Below, one piece after another: positions 59,266 to 64,000 of a stretch of DNA of 64,000 nt; the first letter of the stretch is position 1, and every line of letters begins with the position of its first letter. The DNA is from an uncultured delta proteobacterium (lineage in GTDB: Bacteria > Desulfobacterota > Binatia > UBA9968): NCBI GenBank assembly GCA_963816145.1, contig CAWFJP010000003.1, positions 320,001-384,000 on the forward strand, written 5' to 3'. The position numbers and the translations under genes were made by a program. Below the pieces are notes generated by a model. That model had not been told where the DNA came from. It worked only from the letters and a program-made list of their open reading frames with translations, and ran no database searches.

Positions 59266-60492
59266 CTATTTCTTCGCCGGAAGCACTTCGTCGAGCAATT
59301 TATAGAGCGGCGTCAAATCCTTGGTGTCGGGCTCATCGGTATCGAAATAGGACATTTTGTCGCGCCGCGCTTGACTTGAGGGGATATGATCCTTGGGCAC
59401 GTCGATGCGCCGCGAATTGCGCGCGTCGCCGGGTATGCTGACGATTTTCTGAAACAGCGCCTGGCCATCGCGCGACAATAGCCAATTGATGAACACCTTG
59501 GCTGCGTTGGGATGGGGCGCCCGGTTCATCAGAGCCAACGAACCAAACGCCGACGACAAGTTCACGCCTTCCTTGAAATGATTGGGCTCGAACTCTTCCA
59601 CCGGCAGCCCCTGATTCTTCGCCCTATGAATCTGCCCTCCCTGGATCGGCAAGATCACACTGAACTTGCCCGCGCCCAGCCAATCCACCGATTGGCGCAG
59701 ATCGCCGCTCATGGTCACGTCCATCTCGCTGAAAAAGCGCCGCAAGAACTTTGGCCCCAGCTCCGGACTGTAATAGAGAAATTGCCAGGGAATTCCCGCG
59801 CCGCGCACACGCCGAATATCGCTGGAGAGGATTTTGCCTTTTAGTTTTGGGTTAAACAAATCCCAGTAGCTCTTGTACTCGCGCGGATCGATGAGCTGCG
59901 TGTTATAGGCAGCGCCCGCGCCTGCCGAGACATTGCCCTCGTAAACGAAGACAAATTCCCCCTCCTTGTCGGAGAACTTAAGTTTGCCTTCCCACCATTT
60001 GCTAGTGTCCAACACTTCGGGAAGGATCAACGCCGGCTTGATCGGGTCGAGCATCTTGCCCAAATAGAGGGCTTGGTAAAGCGAGACGCCGCCGCCGTTG
60101 TAGACGTCGAGCAAATACTTGCCGGCCCGACGCTCGGCGACAATGCGCTGGGTAATATCCGTACCGGCGCCGGTGATGTAATTGACCTTGATCTTCGGGT
60201 AAGCCTTCTGAAAAGCTCCGGACTCGATGACCGCGCCGTAGCCTCCGATGGAAACGTTGACCTGCCCCTCCTGCTCCGCCGCCCGGACGGTGCGCTCCCA
60301 CTCGGCCTGCCACTTCGCCGCCTCACCGGCTTCCGCCGCAACCGAAGTCAACAACGCTACCACCACCCAAAGCCATTTTGGATTTTGGATTTTAGATTTT
60401 GGATTGGGGATACGAGAGCTGGTCGTCGCAAGACCGCTAGGGACTTTTATCCGATAACCCAAAATCCAAAATCTAAAATCCAAAATCGCCAC
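59266..60492 (-). CDS. ABC solute-binding protein with repeat-encoded N-terminus
   Basis: GTG 60492 after GGAGG; WQAEWERTVRAAEQEG; APHPNAAKVFINWLLSR. Confidence 0.83.
   Translation of the reverse strand: MAILDFRFWILGYRIKVPSGLATTSSRIPNPKSKIQNPKWLWVVVALLTSVAAEAGEAAKWQAEWERTVRAAEQEGQVNVSIGGYGAVIESGAFQKAYPKIKVNYITGAGTDITQRIVAERRAGKYLLDVYNGGGVSLYQALYLGKMLDPIKPALILPEVLDTSKWWEGKLKFSDKEGEFVFVYEGNVSAGAGAAYNTQLIDPREYKSYWDLFNPKLKGKILSSDIRRVRGAGIPWQFLYYSPELGPKFLRRFFSEMDVTMSGDLRQSVDWLGAGKFSVILPIQGGQIHRAKNQGLPVEEFEPNHFKEGVNLSSAFGSLALMNRAPHPNAAKVFINWLLSRDGQALFQKIVSIPGDARNSRRIDVPKDHIPSSQARRDKMSYFDTDEPDTKDLTPLYKLLDEVLPAKK
60375..60487. repeat. Inverted heptamer arrays (ATTTTGG)n / (CCAAAAT)n inside the CDS
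   Basis: Four or more units at 60375-60405 and four at 60459-60486. Confidence 0.9.
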
Positions 60493-60509
60493 TTTGGTCC
60501 TCCGCTGCG

Positions 60510-61631
60510 TCAATTGCGAATGTCCTGCAACAACCAATCCGTCGGAAATTCTCGCCCAAGCCCCTTCTTCTTGATCAGCTCTAAAGTCGCGCCGCCGACC
60601 GAGGCGAACTGAATGCCTTGTATCTGATTGCCGCCCATGCCGAGGATCGCTTCGCCATCTCGAGGGCCGTCGCCACCATCAAAAACCGCTTTGAAGCTCA
60701 CCACCTTGCGCCGGTCGAAGGCGCCCTCGCGGGCGATTTCCGGTATGCGCGCCAGATCTTCCGGTTGGCCCGCTACGTAGGCGCGATGGGTGCCCGAGAT
60801 TTTCTGCGCCTTGCTCACATTCATCGACTTGGCTTCTTCGCCAATGCTAGCGGGCGCGAAGGTATAAAACGCGCGGATTCGCTCCGCCGACGATTTATCC
60901 AGCTCCACGGAACCTTTCACGGTCGTCACAAAGGCACCGGCGGCGAGATCGCGGCCAGGAATGACCGGGATCGTCGAATCGGTGCAGGCTGCGACGATCT
61001 GCGCGCCTTTAACCGCCGCCTGCGCCGAATCCATCGGCACCACGTCGATGTTCAAACGCCGGCCAAGTTTTCCCGCAAAAGCGTCGCGATTCTTTTTGGT
61101 CGGGCTGTAGACTTGAACGCGCTTGATCCGCCGAACTGCGGCAAATGCCAACCCATGGGTCCAGGCCATGCCGCCGGAGCCGAGCATGGCGACGGTATCG
61201 GCGTCTTCAATCGCCAGATATTTCGCCGCCAGCCCCGCCGTGGCGCCGACGCGCATATGCTGCAAATGGCCGTCGTTCATCACAGCTAGGGGTTCGCCGT
61301 TGGCCGTGTTGAAGAGCAGGATCAGGCCGCAGAACAATCCCGGCTTCTGGCAATATTTTTCCTGGGTCTTGGCGCCATCGCCATGGTCGGTCCAATAGGC
61401 GATGTCGGACTTGATCCGGGTGGCAAACACGCCATAGCGCCGGCTCGTGCCTTCCATCGATCCCCACTGATAGTAGCCGCGCGGATCGGCGCAGGGCGCC
61501 CAGACGTCGATGCGCGGCCGGCAAACGGCATCGCCGCGATAATATTCTCTAACCCCTCCCTCGATGGCATCGATACAGGTCTTCATATCGAGCACCTGCT
61601 CGATGTCTTGGTTGCTGATCAGGAGAGCCAT
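60510..61631 (-). CDS. Ornithine cyclodeaminase / mu-crystallin family protein
   Basis: LFNTANGEPLA, MRVGA, LGSGGMA, VYSPT, CTDS. Confidence 0.87.
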   Translation of the reverse strand: MALLISNQDIEQVLDMKTCIDAIEGGVREYYRGDAVCRPRIDVWAPCADPRGYYQWGSMEGTSRRYGVFATRIKSDIAYWTDHGDGAKTQEKYCQKPGLFCGLILLFNTANGEPLAVMNDGHLQHMRVGATAGLAAKYLAIEDADTVAMLGSGGMAWTHGLAFAAVRRIKRVQVYSPTKKNRDAFAGKLGRRLNIDVVPMDSAQAAVKGAQIVAACTDSTIPVIPGRDLAAGAFVTTVKGSVELDKSSAERIRAFYTFAPASIGEEAKSMNVSKAQKISGTHRAYVAGQPEDLARIPEIAREGAFDRRKVVSFKAVFDGGDGPRDGEAILGMGGNQIQGIQFASVGGATLELIKKKGLGREFPTDWLLQDIRN

Positions 61632-61692
61632 GAGTTACTTAGAACTTTCCGGCGTACTAAGCCGACATGGGGGCTCGACGCCAAAGATTTTT

Positions 61693-61767
61693 TTCACCAC
61701 GAAGGACACGAAGGTTTCCGATAATCAAGATTCCGAACTTCGTGCTCTTCGTGTCCTTCGTGGTGAA
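61693..61767. repeat. Inverted 9-bp-period CACGAAG / CTTCGTG arrays
   Basis: TTCACCACGAAGGACACGAAG ... CTTCGTGCTCTTCGTGTCCTTCGTGGTGAA. Confidence 0.85.
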
Positions 61768-61818
61768 GATCTCTTTTGCAAACTCCGCTGCGACCGAATT
61801 GGACTGCTACGCTTACTG

Positions 61819-64000
61819 TTAATCACGCTTCCGCAACGCCCAGTAAATTTTCTCCGCCGACAACGGCAGATCGAAGAGCCGCACGCCACAGGCATCGGCG
61901 ATGGCATTGGCAATGGCCGCGGCCGTCGGCACGTTGGGGTTTTCCGCGATTGCCTTGCCGCCGTAGGGAGTCGGTCCGGTTGGACTCTCGACCAAAACCG
62001 TCTTTAAAGGCGGCACATCGGCGATGCACGGCAGCTTCGCTTCGCCCAAACTGAGCGTGGCGATCTTGCCGTCGACAAGCGGATTCTCTTCCATAGTCGC
62101 AAAACCGAATCCGGTAACGATACCGCCTTCGATCTGCCCGGTTAGCGTCAGATGATTGAGCACCGTGCCGGTGTCGTGCGCCGTGGTCAGATTCAAAACC
62201 TTGACGCCGCCGGTATTTGGATCGACCTCGACCTCGGCCACCTGGGCGGCGAAACCGGTCACTTTAGGCATATCCTTGGGCACGTAATTGGTCAGGTGAA
62301 AAACCGGCCCACCGTTTTCTTTGACCGCCAGGGCGATCATCTTTTCAGTAGTTGTGAACTTCTTGTTGGGCGCGGTGAATTTGCCGCCCTGCTGTTCGAT
62401 CTCTGCGGGCTGGCAACCCAACTCGCGCGCCGCCAACGCGATCAACTTGGCGCGCACTTCTTGGGCCGACTGATTAACCGCGTGGCCGGAGGTGTTGGTT
62501 TGTTTGCTACCACCAGTGCCGGGATCGAAGGGCAAGCTGTCGGTGTCTTTGAACACCACTCCGACTTTTTCCGGCGGCAGGCCGAGCGCCTCACAAACCA
62601 TCTGCTGGCTGACCGTGTAATATCCCGGCCCGACGTCCGGCACGCCGGTGAGAATATTCACCTTGCCGTCAGCCTCCAAGGTCAATGCCGAACTCGCTTT
62701 GCCTTCCGGCGTGCCGCGATCGTAGAGCGCCATGCCCCAGCCGCGATTCTTTTTGGCCCCACCCTTTTTCCAACCGGAAGTTTTGACGATGCGCTCCAAC
62801 ACTTCGCCCATCAGAATATGGCTCCATTTTTCACCCATGGGATTGGCGTCGCCGTCGTGCAAAATATTCCTGCGCCGCAGCTCCAGCGCTTCGATGCCCA
62901 TCTCCTTGGCGATGATGTCCAGCTGCGATTCGAAGGCGAACGCGACCTGCGGACTGCCCGGCGTGCGCGTCTGCGTGCAGGGCACTTGATTGGTGTAGGA
63001 ACAAAAAGTCTGCACGTCGATGGCCGGGCAGCGGTACATGCTCGCCAAGCGCCGCCCACCGAGCACAGTCACTTGCGGATTGGCCTTTTGCGAACCATAG
63101 GCCCCGCCACTGAAGTAAATATCGCCTTTGACGGCGACTAGTGTGCCGTCGGCGGCGACACCGGTTTTTAAAGTGATCACCGACGGATGGCGATGGCCGC
63201 CGACCAAGATTTCCTCGCTGTAATCGAACACCAACTTCACCGGTTTGCCGCCGGCAGCTTTCGATAGGTAGTAGGCGATCGGCACGTCGATCAACGACGC
63301 CTTGGCGCCGAAGTCGCCGCCGACATGAACGATATGAACCTTGATCTTCTCTTGAGGCACGCCGAAGTCTTCCGCCATCTGTTCGCGCAACCCCCAGGGC
63401 CCCTTGTTCGACGCCCAGACTTCAACCCGGCCATCGTCATGCACCTGCACCGTGCAAGCGCAGGGCTCGATGTAGCCGTGGTGCGACAACGGCGTGCGAA
63501 AGGTGTGTTCGAAGACGCGTGCAGATTTGGCAAAGCCGGCTTCCATATCGCCGTTTTTCCAGCGCACGTAGGATTGCAGGTTATGGCCGGACATCCCTTC
63601 CGGCAGTTTCGGTGCGTTCTTGTATTTGGTGCGATCCTCATGTATCAACGGCGCGCTCGGCTTGAGCGCTTCCACCGGATCGTCGACATAGGGCAGCTCT
63701 TCGTATTCGAAGTCGATCAAGCCCACCGCTTCGTCGGCGATCGCCTCACTGTCCGCGGCCACCGCGGCGATCGCGTCCCCTGCCATGCGCACTTTGTCGT
63801 AGGCCAACACCGGCTGATCTTTCACCCGGGTGCCAACGAAAATATCTTTTACATCGGCTCCAATCAGCACGGCGCGCACGCCTTTCAACGCCCGCGCTTT
63901 GGTGGTGTCGACTTTGACGATGCGTGCGTGGGCCACCGAAGCACGCAAGACCTTCGCCCACAACAATCCTTCAAACGGCAAATCCGCCGCATATTTCGTC
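61819..64000 (-). CDS. Xanthine dehydrogenase family molybdopterin subunit (5' end outside window)
   Basis: Frame open to the window edge (TKYAADLPF), HGYIEP, GGDFGAK, GQIEGG, GKAIAE. Confidence 0.9.
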   Translation of the reverse strand, partial: TKYAADLPFEGLLWAKVLRASVAHARIVKVDTTKARALKGVRAVLIGADVKDIFVGTRVKDQPVLAYDKVRMAGDAIAAVAADSEAIADEAVGLIDFEYEELPYVDDPVEALKPSAPLIHEDRTKYKNAPKLPEGMSGHNLQSYVRWKNGDMEAGFAKSARVFEHTFRTPLSHHGYIEPCACTVQVHDDGRVEVWASNKGPWGLREQMAEDFGVPQEKIKVHIVHVGGDFGAKASLIDVPIAYYLSKAAGGKPVKLVFDYSEEILVGGHRHPSVITLKTGVAADGTLVAVKGDIYFSGGAYGSQKANPQVTVLGGRRLASMYRCPAIDVQTFCSYTNQVPCTQTRTPGSPQVAFAFESQLDIIAKEMGIEALELRRRNILHDGDANPMGEKWSHILMGEVLERIVKTSGWKKGGAKKNRGWGMALYDRGTPEGKASSALTLEADGKVNILTGVPDVGPGYYTVSQQMVCEALGLPPEKVGVVFKDTDSLPFDPGTGGSKQTNTSGHAVNQSAQEVRAKLIALAARELGCQPAEIEQQGGKFTAPNKKFTTTEKMIALAVKENGGPVFHLTNYVPKDMPKVTGFAAQVAEVEVDPNTGGVKVLNLTTAHDTGTVLNHLTLTGQIEGGIVTGFGFATMEENPLVDGKIATLSLGEAKLPCIADVPPLKTVLVESPTGPTPYGGKAIAENPNVPTAAAIANAIADACGVRLFDLPLSAEKIYWALRKRD

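Overview
GC-rich bacterial chromosomal window dense in catabolic enzymes and solute-binding proteins (SBPs). The gene mix and intergenic repeat types resemble uncultured Ca. Binatia-like soil Deltaproteobacteria (inference, not verified). From left to right: 5' end of a hydantoinase A gene, UbiD decarboxylase, a REP-associated tyrosine transposase (RAYT) with three REPs, amidohydrolase, HpaB-like monooxygenase, an integron-like attC/attI remnant, LLM oxidoreductase, a Co-type nitrile hydratase operon, SDR, two COG1233 FAD oxidoreductases, RavA/ViaA, an acyl-CoA dehydrogenase pair, Nudix hydrolase, sulfatase, a dihydroxyphthalate-decarboxylase-like gene, MocA, an Fbp-type ABC system with tandem SBPs, many orphan SBPs, amidase, a VOC / CADD-like diiron enzyme / 3-hydroxyanthranilate dioxygenase cluster, a Cys-less racemase homolog plus Mo-hydroxylase MLS, MBL hydrolase, a Cys-rich-domain caspase-fold protein, ychF, PLD, ada with an Ada box, an SBP triplet (one with an in-frame TAG), cyclodeaminase and a truncated Mo-hydroxylase. 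Eight +1 frameshifts in the first ~15.3 kb look like consensus errors. The most notable items are the integrase-less attC/attI-like element with hairpin-only micro-cassettes, the diiron enzyme-3HAO cluster, repeats translated inside a signal peptide, and the caspase-fold protein. No tRNA, rRNA or CRISPR array was seen. All calls come from motif recognition by eye; no searches were run.
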